Assembly (NCBI RefSeq): GCF_006345805.1
Contig: NC_042997.1
Location: 60,388,001-60,452,000 of the forward strand
Source of the DNA: Octopus sinensis
Taxonomy: Eukaryota
DNA: 64,000 nt
Reading direction: 5' to 3'
The translations under genes were made by a program, and so were the position numbers. This document shows positions 12,360 through 24,395 of this stretch, piece after piece. How positions within the stretch are numbered: position 1 is the first letter of the stretch; each line of letters begins with the position of its first letter. The notes beneath the pieces are model-generated. The model was given only the letters and a program-made list of their open reading frames with translations. It was not told the DNA's origin and searched no databases.

Positions 12360-12550
12360 TTTATCTTATCTCTTATACTTGTTTTCAGTCTTTCAACTGC
12401 AGCCGTACTAGCACACCTCCTGAAGGGTTTGTTTAGTACTTGTTTTCAAGTTTGGTACTGATTATATTGGTCCCTTTTGTTAAACCACTAAGTTACAGGG
12501 GCATAAACAAAGCAACAACGGTTAGCAAGCAATAGTGGGAACAAACACAG
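12360..12550 (-). mobile_element. SINE family A, degenerate 3' part
   Basis: Diverged reverse-complement match to the family A tail. Confidence 0.55.
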
Positions 12551-12568
12551 CACAAAGGCACACATGTA

Positions 12569-12610
<42 letters not shown>

Positions 12611-12617
12611 TATATTG

Positions 12618-12914
12618 TTTTTTCTATCGAAAATGTTTTTTTACGCAATCGCTTGGAATTGCTCAGGTCGAACCCGAGACATTAGACATTATATAACTTG
12701 GTATGAGAAGGGACAAAAATTTAGATAATCATTTATGATTTACATCAACATAATAAATACATAAATACATATAACATAAAATTACTTCAAGACAAAGATG
12801 ATTATCTAATTTTTTGTCTCTTCTTATACCCTGTTATATAATGTCTAACGTCTCGGGTTCGACCTGAGCACTTTGAAGCAATTGTGTAAAAAAAATCTTT
12901 TTCGAAAGAAAAAA
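12618..12914. mobile_element. Foldback/MITE element with ~115 bp imperfect terminal inverted repeats
   Basis: 12618-12732 is the diverged reverse complement of 12798-12914 (for example gctcaggtcgaacccgagac / gtctcgggttcgacctgagc). The spacer is AT-rich. Confidence 0.8.
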
Positions 12915-13017
12915 AAAAAAAATTTTTATTCCCTTGTCTCTTTTGAGCACTTCTTACAGATTGCGAAGATATGAAGAAATAAGTTTTGGGTATATTTACA
13001 AAAAATATCCCAATACC

Positions 13018-13252
13018 TATTTCTTTACTACCCACAAGGGGCTAAACACAGAGTGGACAAACAAGGACAGACAAACGGATTAAATCGATTACATCGACCC
13101 CAGTGCGTAACTTGTACTTAATTTATCGACCCCGAAAGGGATGAAAGGCAAAGTCGACCTCGGCGGAATTTGAACTCAGAACATAACGGAGGACGAAATA
13201 CTGCAAAGCATTTCGCCCGGCGTGCTAACGCTTCTGCCAGCTCGCCGCCTTT
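13018..13252 (-). mobile_element. tRNA-derived SINE family B, full length with 16 bp TSD
   Basis: Perfect TSD aaaatatcccaatacc at 13002-13017 and 13253-13268. Confidence 0.9.
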
Positions 13253-13274
13253 AAAATATCCCAATACCATCGAG

Positions 13275-13870
13275 GGATAAATACATGGAAACTCATTTAC
13301 ATAAGGCAGCGGAATTCCTCAATAGACTTAGATGGCGTGCTTTCTTTTATGATAATAAATCAAAACGAACCGTGGAAAAAGATAATTACAACTTGAAGTC
13401 TTATAAAAACTCTCCGTTTAAGCCAGCTCTCATGAACTTTGAGATGGACCTAATGAATCTCATAAAAAAATTTGAAAATTTCAAAACATACTAACTCCTT
13501 TCAGAGGGAAAAGTTTCCTATCAGAAAAAATTACAAAACTAAAATCATCACCGGATCTACGCGTACTCTCGGATAAAACTGGAAACATCTATTCTGTGCC
13601 TATAGACACCTTATAATAAATTAATACTTAAGGAAATGAACACCAACTATAAACACGCCAAACAATCTACTCTAGATTATATTAATGATATATATTACAA
13701 CCTGATATCAAATTTAAACTTACTAGACGGAACACAACCATATACTCCTAGAATTCCCCACTGCAATTTAAATGATCATAAACTTGTCTTTCAACTGAAA
13801 CCATCGATTAGACTCAGTGTCCAACAAAATCGAATCTGGGAAAAATTAGCAAATGCATACTGGATAGAAT
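13275..13870 (+). mobile_element. Penelope-like element 3, N-terminal/RT-entry remnant
   Basis: FLNRLRWRAFF..YNLKS..FEMDLMNLIK, DKTGNIYSVPIDTYNKLI and NLNDHKLVF..KPSIRL match PLE N-terminal motifs (RMRWKA, ADKT.N.Y, TLKDHK.NF...P.CRL). Frameshifted. Confidence 0.75.
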
Positions 13871-14442
13871 TATACCTCAAATCAGAAACAAAGTTAACCT
13901 CTCTCTATGGAACTCGACTTTTTACTGATATATTCCTGTCTAACGTTTCAGGTTCGACTTGAACACTTTCATCTCAGAACATAGAGATGCACCTAAATAT
14001 TGTAAAGCATTTTGTTCATCATTTCAATCGCCTTGTGCATACAATAATACTGTTTAACATGGGCACATGGGAACACATTTGTGGGGGTGGATAGTCGATT
14101 TTGTCATCCCTCACAGTAAGATTTTCCTTTTCCTTGATGGCAAGTCAACTATGGAGAATTCTTGAGTCTCCCTTCCATCGTATGGTTTTGGTCTCAGTTT
14201 CCATTTAGTAATTGAAGACAATTTTAATTGAGATAATTTTAATAAGTCATGAATCTTTTGCTGTATGCTATTTGATATACATGTGTTTGTTTATGTTGTT
14301 CGAATAAATACCGCTGGCCAATTCGAGTTATTTCTTTTTGCTCATTTTGTTTATGTAAGTTACATAGGCCACAAATTTGTTCTATTCTTTTTTTTTTTGT
14401 ATATGTCTAAGTTCCTTGGCTTCTGGAGACAAGGCACAGCAA

Positions 14443-14482
14443 TTGGCTGATGACGCCTATTGAGTCAGAAACACGTACCTAC
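14443..14482 (+). ncRNA. Degenerate type I hammerhead motif
   Basis: CTGATGA 14447-53, GAAA 14468-71, AC-ac-GT, GUA triplet. Stems I and II are only partly paired. Confidence 0.4.
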
Positions 14483-15617
14483 AACTGTCCTCTTATTTTC
14501 AGACAATAAAGCCGTTCTTTCCCTCATTTGAGTGTCGACTTTGGAGAACATTGATTCTTGACGTTATCTCCCCTTTCCGTATGGAGCTGACCTCACTTTG
14601 TGACATCCTCTAGCACCGTATATGTTTTTAATAAATCAACAATTTATGTTCTATGGGGCATTTGATGTGTTATTGGCCGCTGTGATTTACTTCACTTCAT
14701 TCATTTTCGTTTAATGATACTTACATACATTTGTGTGTGTATTTGTGTGCGTATTTGTGTGTGTGTGAGTGTACGCGCGCGAGTGTATGTGCAGCTACCT
14801 ACACATTCATGAGGTTTTGCTGTGCATTTGAACTACGGTAAGTATTTGGTTAGATAGTGTAAATATAACACCGAAAGCCTTGTTTAATAGTAGTAGTGTG
14901 TGTAACGTACTATCATTCGAACACAGCCCTTATTTTATACGGTCAACTACAAAACACTCAAATATTATTTACTATCATCCAAATAGGTTCAAAGCAAGTT
15001 ATGGTCTTAAATACTAGACACAAATATGTGTCATACGTTTGACAGATGTCATTAAATAAAAGAGAAGAAAGCAAACCGTAATTATGATAGTAGAAAAATA
15101 GGTGTCATTAGTTTTTTGCAGCCAACATGTTTCAGTCATGGCCTCAGTATATTTCATTATATTTTTATTATATTTATTTTATTTATATATTTATATATTT
15201 ATATATTTAGTGAGGGGTTGTGAGACATTGGATTATATCGAACTGAATGTTTTAATGGTACTTATGTTATCCATAAGAGAAGAATAAATGGGTAAAGTCA
15301 ATGGTGATAGGGAAAACAAACAGCACAACGACCACAATAACAACAACGACCACCACCACACCACCACCACCACCGGCAAAAATGATTTTTCATAAGTTTT
15401 TGAGAGAAGTGAAAGCATGACTACATTTTTGTAAAATCATACGTTGTGCAGGGTAAAATAAAATATGTCCATAGTTCTCTTGGTTGAAGTAATGTGTGTG
15501 TGTGCGTGCGCGCGCGCATGCGTATACGTACATGTGGATTGGGCGGAATGAGAGCAAACAATAAAAAGAATCGTAACAGAACAAACGATAAAACAAAACT
15601 AATCTTTATGCATTCCA

Positions 15618-15735
15618 ACAGACAGAGAGATAGACAGATGGAAAGATATCTAGACAGAATGACAGACAGACACAGACAGAGAGATAGACAGATGGAAAGA
15701 TATCTAGACAGAAAGACAAACAGACAGACACAGAG

Positions 15736-15793
<58 letters not shown>
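15618..15793. repeat. ~54 bp tandem duplication followed by (GATA)n
   Basis: acagacagagagatagacagatggaaagatatctagacagaa occurs twice in tandem. Confidence 0.85.
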
Positions 15794-16195
15794 ACATGCA
15801 TAAGAAATAATAATGGGCTTATTGTATACTATATTAGTTGTTGTAGTTGTTGTTTAGGCCCAGAGCAGCCCTAGTTAGCAGACCTACAACAAAAGGCGTT
15901 CCAGTCATGACTATCCAGTATTTTTGTATATCAATAACACATAGTCAAATGTACCCTGCCTGCAACAGAATTCGAACTCAGAGCGTAAATAGACTTACTT
16001 AAATACGGCACGGCATTAGGACCACCACAGCCTAACAGAGTCTAGAACCCAGCACTCTTTCGTTTAATGACTCATACTTATTTGTGACGTAAGCACAAGG
16101 CCACAGATTTGGGACGGCTGGGAACAGTCAATTTAAATGAATCAGTGATATTGTACAAATTTAACTCTCTCTTTCTCCACACACCCACACACACC

Positions 16196-16289
<94 letters not shown>

Positions 16290-16304
16290 TATATATATAT
16301 CATT

Positions 16305-16521
16305 TATTTTATCTTTTATTTGTTTTCAATCACTGGACTGCATCCATGATGGAGCCCGCCCTGAAGGTTTAGTAGAACAAATCGACTCCAATAATAATGT
16401 TTTTAAAATCTGACATTATTTGTCTCTTTTACCGAATTACCAAATCGCTGAGAGTTAAACAAAGTAACAACGTTGTCAAGCGTTGGTGGGAACAAACACA
16501 AATGCAAAAACACACAAACAC

Positions 16522-16587
<66 letters not shown>

Positions 16588-16745
16588 TTGTGTGTGTGTG
16601 CGTGTGTGTACGATAGGCATCCACAGTTTCCGTTTTTCGACCCGGGGCTATAGTAGTAGACACATGCTCAAGGTATTGCGCAGTGATATGAATCTGCAAC
16701 CTAGTGGCTCCAAAACGAATTCGTACCTACATAGCCATGCCTGCG
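16305..16745 (-). mobile_element. SINE family A
   Basis: Reverse-complement head (acatagccatgcctgcgcc), core and tail, with an internal (TG)n expansion. Confidence 0.8.
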
Positions 16746-17326
16746 CCCATATATATACAATTCATACAGGACCTGGCAATCCACACTGGACAAGATCTTT
16801 ATCAACCATGGACGGGTGCTAAATTTTCCTAGTAGACCAGTATCTGGTTGTACACGGCTGATGTAAACTCTAGGTGTGAGTATGTGTGTGTGTGTTTCCC
16901 CCTTTTTATTGTGGTTTGCTACAGTAATCTTCTGTCACACTCCTTACTGATTATGTCAAAGTTACTGAGAATTGAATATTGAATAGCAAAAAACTTTTCA
17001 TCTTGCTTTCAGGATGCGAGACCATAACCCCTTCCAATAAATCCTTTCAGTCTGCATCATGCTCTAAGGGTCATCTTGACCCTGAAGGTTTTGCAGGAGC
17101 TGTTTGAGACTTAAATTCTTCATTTAAAAATTATATCTTCAAGAAATTTGTACGCGGTTTCAGATGCCATGGAAGATAGAAAATAATATATTCTTCCATT
17201 GTTTCACATTTAAATTTGCATATATTGTTATAAAATCATGTTTACTTAAAATACTCCACCCGTATTAGTAAGAATACAAACAAATAGTATATCAGAAAGC
17301 TGTCATAATGAAAACACCTCACTATA

Positions 17327-17535
17327 TACGAGAGGGTGCTGAAGAGTTCCTGGCTTTAAGGGTGTCGCGAAAGGCTTGGCTGGAGGTCCAACTTTCCGAC
17401 TTCTTTTACAGGTTTTAGAAAAACTGAAGGACCGCTGTAATATGTGTTTGAATCTAAGAGGGGAATATGTTGAATAAAATAAATAACTAATCCTTATGTA
17501 TCTTCTCTTACCCAGTGTCAAAAACTTTTTAGCAA

Positions 17536-17544
<9 letters not shown>
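17327..17544 (+). mobile_element. Mariner-derived MITE (internal deletion derivative)
   Basis: Imperfect TIRs tacgagagggtgctgaagagttcctgg / aaaaactttttagcaacccctcgtg. The interior matches the 3' end of the mariner at 59130-59290. Confidence 0.8.
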
Positions 17545-17606
<62 letters not shown>

Positions 17607-17611
17607 ATGCA

Positions 17612-18000
17612 TATATCTTTTATCTTTTACTTGTTTCAATCATTTGACTTTGGCCATGCTGGGGCACTGCTTTGAAGAATATTTTAGTCGAATGAATCGG
17701 ACCCAATACTTCTTTTTTGAGCCTGTTACATATTCTATGGGAATCTTTAACCGAATTACTAGGTTATGGAGACATAAACACACCAACACCGGTTGTCAGG
17801 CGGTAGCAGGGGGCACATACAGACACAAAGACACACATAAATAGAGAGATATATACCCCGGGCTTCTTTCAGTTTCTGTTTACCAAATCCACTCACAAGG
17901 CTTTGGTCGGCCCGAGACTATAGAAGATGATGTTTGCCTATGGTACCGCGCAGTGGGACTGAACGTGGAACCATGTAACTGAGAAGTAAGCTTCTTAACA
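17612..18000 (-). mobile_element. SINE family A
   Basis: Reverse-complement match along most of its length. Confidence 0.8.
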
Positions 18001-18121
18001 CTCATACACACACACACACATGATGTATATACACATATATGTGTGTGTGCGAGCATGTATGTAATATGAGAGATGAATATGTGTGTGTGAATGTGTGTGT
18101 GTGTGCGTGTGTGTGTGTATG

Positions 18122-18152
<31 letters not shown>

Positions 18153-18413
18153 CTGTGTGTGTGTGTGTGTGTGTGTGAGTTTGTGTATGTGTGTGAGAGA
18201 GAGAGAAAGAGATTAAAGAAAGACTTCTTAAGGCAAAATAAGAGTTTGGTGTGACATACTGATAACGCTTCTGCAATTCACCCTAACACTCCTACTCTCC
18301 TATTGTACCGTTAACAATTTTCTTTATCTCTTCTCTTTTCTTGGCTCATCTCTATTTTACCTCATGGAGTTCCTACAGCAGAGATTTCTTTTTCTTTGTC
18401 CATGTATTATTGT

Positions 18414-18723
18414 GTGGAGGCGCAATGGCCCAGTGGTTAGGGCAGCGGACTCGCGGTCGGAGGATCGCGGTTTCGATTCCCAGACCGGGCGTTGTGTGCG
18501 TTTATTGAGCGAAAACACCTAAAAGCTCCACGAGGCTCCGGCAGTGGGTGGTGGCGACCCCTGTTGTACTCTTTCGCCCCAACTTTCTCTCACTCTTTCT
18601 TCCTGTTCTTGAGTAACGCTGCGGTGGACAGGCGTCCCGTCCAGCTGGGCGGAACACATACGTCATAGAAACCGGGAAACCGGGCCGATGAGCCTGGCTA
18701 GGCTCGAAAAGGGCGCATAAAAA
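18414..18723 (+). mobile_element. tRNA-derived SINE (family D), intact, 12 bp TSD
   Basis: A box tggcccagtgg, B box ggtttcgattcc, 3' hairpin gagcct-ggct-aggctc and a short A tail. TSD atgtattattgt at 18402-18413 and 18724-18735. Confidence 0.9.
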
Positions 18724-19182
18724 ATGTATTATTGTAAGTTGAACCTTAATTGTCCTACGCAATTTGGTGAATATTCATTGAAGAATGGTAACATTGTTTT
18801 AAGACAAACAGACAAACATCAGGCTTATGGGTGTAGATGCGTGCACTCACACATACAAATGCAAATATAAGTACGCACATATAGATATGTGTGCGTGTAT
18901 GTGTTTGTGTATTTGTGTGAGAGGAGAGAGAGAGTTGGGAGGAGAAAGAGAGAAAGAATTTAATATCTGTTAAAGATTTGAACTAATGCTATCTTTTCCT
19001 CGCCGCATAAGTATTTCTAATTAGGCATTTAATTCTCACTACACTAAGAATGTTAACACCAACTTGACTATTGCCTTTCATGCAGATGCGGTCTCTAGGT
19101 GGCTAACCTCATTCTAATTGTATCTTTAGCAATCGGTCCGAAAATCGATTCGTCTCTCTTTCTCTCTCTCTCTCTCTCTATC

Positions 19183-19215
<33 letters not shown>

Positions 19216-19513
19216 ATAGCTATCTCTCACGATCAGATCCAGTGACGTGCTATTCATACATCAATGCGAAAACATCAACTACTTGCAAATAAAATGCTAT
19301 ATCTTACTTTACGGTTGTAACCGCTACTTGTGAACGTTTTTTCTTTGTTGGAACTAAAACTCAGTGATGTCCATACCTCTCTCAAGAATATTGACAATGT
19401 AAGGAAAGCGAATTAGACTAGGAATTTAAATTGTTTTGTGAGATCTTCTGACCAGGAGCTTATCATTTGCTCCACGAATGAAACGTCAATAAGATATAGA
19501 TGACGAATAAATG

Positions 19514-19560
<47 letters not shown>

Positions 19561-19664
19561 CAATCCTTATATCTTCTTGACTTTTTTCTCGATCAGTCAC
19601 TCAACATTGGATTTAGACTAGTAGCATCATCATAATGTTTCAACAATAATAATTCTTCAATAAT

Positions 19665-20104
19665 AAGGCGACGAGCTGGCAGAAACTTTAGCACGCCGGG
19701 TGAAAATGCTTAGCAGTATTTCGTCTATCTTTGCGTTCTGAGTGCTAATTCCGCCGAGGTCGACTTTGCCTTTCATCCTTTCGGGGTCGATAAATTAAGT
19801 ACCTATTTCTTTACTACCCACAAGGGGCTAAACACAGAGAGGACAGACAAATGGATTAAGTCGATTACATCGACCCTAGTGCGTAACTGGTACTTAATTT
19901 ATCGACCCCGAAAGGATGAAAGGCAAAGTCAACCTCGGCGGAATTTGAACTCAGAACGTAACCGCAGACGAAATACGGCTAGGCATTTCGTCCGGCGTGC
20001 TAACGTTTCTGCCAGCTCGCCGCCTTTCAGTTGCGTACTGAAGTTGATCTAATCGACTGGCCCCCTCCCCATAAATTTCGGGCCTTGTGCTTAGAGTAGA
20101 AAAG
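19665..20104 (+). mobile_element. SINE family B host copy interrupted by an antisense family B copy (19804-20028)
   Basis: The host reads ...taagtacc|agttgcgtactg... across the insert. Host TSD aataattcttcaa at 19648-19660 and 20105-20117. Confidence 0.85.
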
Positions 20105-20712
20105 AATAATTCTTCAACAATGTATGTAATAAAATAAATGAGAGAAAAAAATTGGCCTAGTTGAAGAAATAAAAAATAATAATATATTCTGCTAAGTTTT
20201 ATGCCATGAGTCAGCAACTGTTGATGAACATTTCGTTGTTCAAAATATGCAGTAGAATCCAGTCTGTGTTATTCTAATAAATAAATACATAAATACATCT
20301 TTTTTGCATTTTTACTGCTAGCAAAGAATAGTTTTAGTATTAGCAAATAACAAAATTAAAAGAATAAATTGTAACTTTTTTATATTTTTAAAATTTTATT
20401 GTAAAAGGCAAGACATTCTTCTAGACTTACTCAAAAAAGAAAAGACTAAGCGAGTTACAAGATATATGTGTTGGTGTTTGATTACAGATATATTCTTCTC
20501 AGCGTTTTGGCATCTTATTTCTAACCCTGTTAAGACATGAAAAAATACCAATAAAGCGACTTATGCAATGACAATACGTATTAGTCAACTCTCGGGGAAA
20601 TATGGAAACCAACGCGAAAGAGGAAATACTCTTTCGTTATCTTTTTATATGTTTTTTTTTTAATTTTATATTTATTATAGTTTTAAATAGTTCTAGACCA
20701 ACATGTTTTCAG

Positions 20713-20790
<78 letters not shown>

Positions 20791-20939
20791 GATAGTTGAT
20801 GATTTAGGTCTGCGTTACTTGTAGTTTCACATACGAAAAAATGTACGCCTGATTGTCCAGATGCGGTGATTGAGAGAAAGGAAGTTTTCTATCTGTCTCT
20901 TTTCTTCTCTCTCTCACCTCTTTCTTCTTTTCTCTCTCT

Positions 20940-21411
20940 CGTTGCCCACACGTGACCATCATCCATCTTTTTTTTCCTCACGTGACCATCTTTTTTTCCT
21001 GCACGACGTTCTAAGGACTGGACGTTTTCTTTCTCTCTCTTCTATCTTTTCTCTTTTCAAAGAAAATATTTCTCCCAACGTTCACTCTTTTCCTCTCGTT
21101 GTAGTCAAACAATTATCCATGTTTGTTTCCGTTCCGTTTCTTTGTATGTCTCTACTGTCCTGTTTTTATTCCCAACTTTGACCCTCCATAAATCCCAAAT
21201 TTTATTTTGGAATTTATAGGAGCAACTGTCTTCGAAGACTCATATTGTCGTTGAATGCTCGAAATGAAGAGTAGATAGACAGCCGACAACTGGTGAAGGG
21301 TCGTTCTCTGTGTTACTTGTCCTGTTGTCCATTTTTTCTCTCGTTGTTTGCGTATTTAACTCGTTTGTTTTCGTACTCCATGTTGTTTACACAGTTAGTG
21401 ACGTCCTGTAC

Positions 21412-21420
<9 letters not shown>
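20940..21420 (+). repeat. Unclassified dispersed repeat (family E), homologous to 61701-62140
   Basis: Shared blocks cacgtgacc, cttgaccctcc..aatccca, gagcaactgt, aatgctcgaaat, acagcc.acaactg..gaag and ctccatg. Confidence 0.7.
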
Positions 21421-21460
<40 letters not shown>

Positions 21461-21619
21461 CCTGTGTATGTAGTATGCATGTGCGTGTGTTTAGGCTTCT
21501 ATGAATGCATGTATGTTTGTAAACCTATATAGATAATTATACATATTACGTGTGTGTGTGTGTGTGTGTGTGTGTGAGATTGTGTGTGTGTGTTTGTGTG
21601 TGTATACATCTGCCAGTAA

Positions 21620-22490
21620 TATCAATGTAATTCATAATTTCTTTGTAGACGACCTGAAAATTTATGCTAAAAGTGTTAACAATCCCAAAAAACAACTGAA
21701 ATTAATAACATTTTCTGCTGATATAGGCATGGAATTTGGCCAAAAGAAATGTTCATGTTTGATTATAGAGCAAGGAAAATCAGTGCCCCAAACCCAAAAC
21801 CGGAACATCAACGGTCTCTCTATCTCCCCCATTACACACAATGAATATTACAAGTGCCTAGGCAGAGACGAAAATGTATCATATGAAGGTACTGTGAATA
21901 AAGATAGAGTGACCCGAGAGTATTACACCAGACTTAGGAAAATATGGCAATCGGAACTCTCCCGTTACAAGAAAACAATATCCCACAATGCATTTGTAGT
22001 ACTAGTGCTGATCCAAACATTTGGGATACTTGATTGGTCTATAGAGGAAATCCACTCCGTAGATATCAAAACCCGCAAAATCCTGACAACAACTGGGAAC
22101 TTCCATAGAAACAGTGATGTTGACAGGCTCTACCTAACAAGAAATGAAGGTGGTAGAGTCCTGAGATCAGTGCAGGCGGCCTTCGAATGCCGTGAGGTAT
22201 CACTCAGGCAGCGCCTGCTAAACAACAGCAGCAAAAATAAATATATTAATGCAGTCCTGAAAACTGAAGTGAGCAACATTGTACGAGTTGGCAGTGAACT
22301 CCTCAAGAAGCACTCTCTTCCTGATGATCTATACAACGTCAAACAGCTGGGCTCTCTTACCTCAGGGAAGACCTGGATGGAAAGCACTCAGCATACAAAA
22401 AAACAAGACCCAGAAACTTGAAGAAGACAGTAGAATTGACACGAAGCGCATCTTCTCTTGGACTCAAGACCACTTCACTCTTGCTAGAAA
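21620..22490 (+). mobile_element. R4/Dong-clade (RLE-type) non-LTR retrotransposon, RT C-terminal fragment
   Basis: FVDDLKIYAK..IGMEFGQKKC..YKCLG..RLRKIWQSEL..FGILDW..DIKTRKIL..NSDVDRLYLTRNEGGR, then KLEEDSRIDTK..SWT in a shifted frame. Confidence 0.85.
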
Positions 22491-24395
22491 CAAATTTTTC
22501 ACTGAGATATTTGAATCCTTCACCGTTTTCATTCATGTCCTTAACTAAATTCTTAAACAAGCCAAGTTTAATGTGAAAGGGAGGAAGGTAAATTTTCTGA
22601 GGGTCAACTAACGTTGTATCTCCCTGGAGTGAACTCACTTCTCTTTGGTCACTCTTTTTTTTTTATCATAGTGATGCTTGTCATCCCTGCTGTTCCAAAG
22701 TCACAAAAGCACTGATGCTTTGTACACCCCATTTGCAACACAAGAAGCAAACCAATAACTTTCAAGTTCCCGTGTATATTTCTACTTGTGCTGAGAATAT
22801 TTAATCAAGTGCAAAATTTTATCCATTGATTCATAAGTTTCCTTTAATCTTACAGCATGTGCTAGTGGTATTGAAGGTTTTTGATTGCCATTATGCAGCA
22901 AAACAGCTTTTAGGCTTGCTTTGCTAGAATCTGTGAAGAGTCTCCATTCTTCAGAATTATGGCCGTGCCCCATCTCATGTAGGAGTCCTTTAACATCACA
23001 ACATAAACAAATACCGTCTTTCTCCACAAAAAATTCATGCAATTCTGTCTGCCGTTTTCGAAAATACGATCATTTTACACCATCGTGTAAAAGATTCCAT
23101 TGTTTCAACCTTCGGCCCAATAGTTCTGATTTTTCTTTTGCTAAACCCAAGTCTCTAACTAAATCACTTAACTCAAGTTAATAAATGAGGCACTTTTTTT
23201 GAAGATCTTGGTTCATCACAGTGATCTGTTGTATCACTCGGTACGCCTTCAATTGAAGTAGATGCAGTACTTTCTTCCTCAAACTATCTTTGTCAAAAGA
23301 TGAAAGAGGTTCTGGAATTGGAATATTTTCAGCAACATGAGCAACTGGTCTTAAAGCTAAAAGGCAATCTGGATAAACAATCTTGGATTTGTTCTTCTTA
23401 GAGAAACCTGTGATGTTAGTTACGCAAAAATAACAATCGGTATAGTGGTTTGTTGGTTCGTGCCATACCATTGGTACTGCACATGGCATACTTTTCCGTT
23501 TACCATTGAGCCATTGGATTAGTACTATGTAGCAGTTTTTGCAACAAACCTGAGGCGCTCACAGTTTATCTTGGTCCCAAATTTTGCACCCAAAGTAAAG
23601 CTTGTAAGCATTTTAAAATTTCTATGTAAACTTATTTCTCTGATCTTTTGGCGTAAATTTTCCACAGACGTAACAAAAGCTGTCCGGGTGATTAACACAA
23701 ACTTTTCTACTCGTCATAAATACATACAGTAATAACCTAAATCAAAACTCAAGGAAGACTATCAGTAAACTAAAATATAAAATTAATCAACTGTAAATGT
23801 TACTGTAAAACATCAAAATATATTTCTCAGAAAAAAAATCATTGAAATGATTATAGAATGTGCTGAAGCTATGGCTATCACGAAACAATTTTTTCCATCT
23901 CTAAATTTCAAATATTGATCACTTTAATAAATAACTAAACTTACTACTAAACCACTTTTCATATAACCTGGCTCTCTTATTTGATACATTTTGTTTTAAC
24001 AGCACTAGCAATTATCAAGAAAAGTGAGTTTGAGTGATTTACCATAACTTAATATCAATAGCCTACTCTGAGGCGAACTTTACTATAATTACAGTGATAA
24101 CAATGTAAAATAAATTCTCATCTTGTGTGGCAATTCTACAGGAAGCCTACATTTCCCTCTATCAGCACTTACTTTTGTTTCAATGATGAGTATATGAATG
24201 AAAATCGAAAGCAAATAGCCTACCGCTTTATCAGTATTATCAATTGGTTGGAAAATCTGATGCTGTAAATAACTAAAAAACACTACACGTGCTGTCTGAA
24301 ACCTGATGTCAGATTCGGATTCAGCACTCTAAAATTAACCTAAATCAGCTGAAAAGGCTTAAATAGAACGACAAAAAATTTTTTTGTTGCCCAGT
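22490..24395 (-). mobile_element. Chapaev3-type (CMC) DNA transposon remnant, 3'-truncated
   Basis: Frameshifted transposase: CVNHPDSFCYVCG, DQDK..CCKNC, PMVWHEPTNHYTDCYFC, WRLFTDSSKASLKAVLLHNGN..PSIPLAH and LPPFHIKLGLFKNLVK. A likely terminus lies near 24395 (tttttgttgcccagt); this boundary is less certain. Confidence 0.75.

Noticed and set aside
18414-18490. tRNA-like sequences here and at other SINE heads
   Set aside because: They continue into SINE cores and tails and have TSDs, so they are not bona fide tRNA genes.
18690-18720. CCGATGA-gcct-ggct-aggc-tc-GAAA looks like a hammerhead
   Set aside because: No stem I or stem III/NUH pairing. It is better explained as the gagcct/aggctc 3' stem-loop of a LINE-mobilised SINE.
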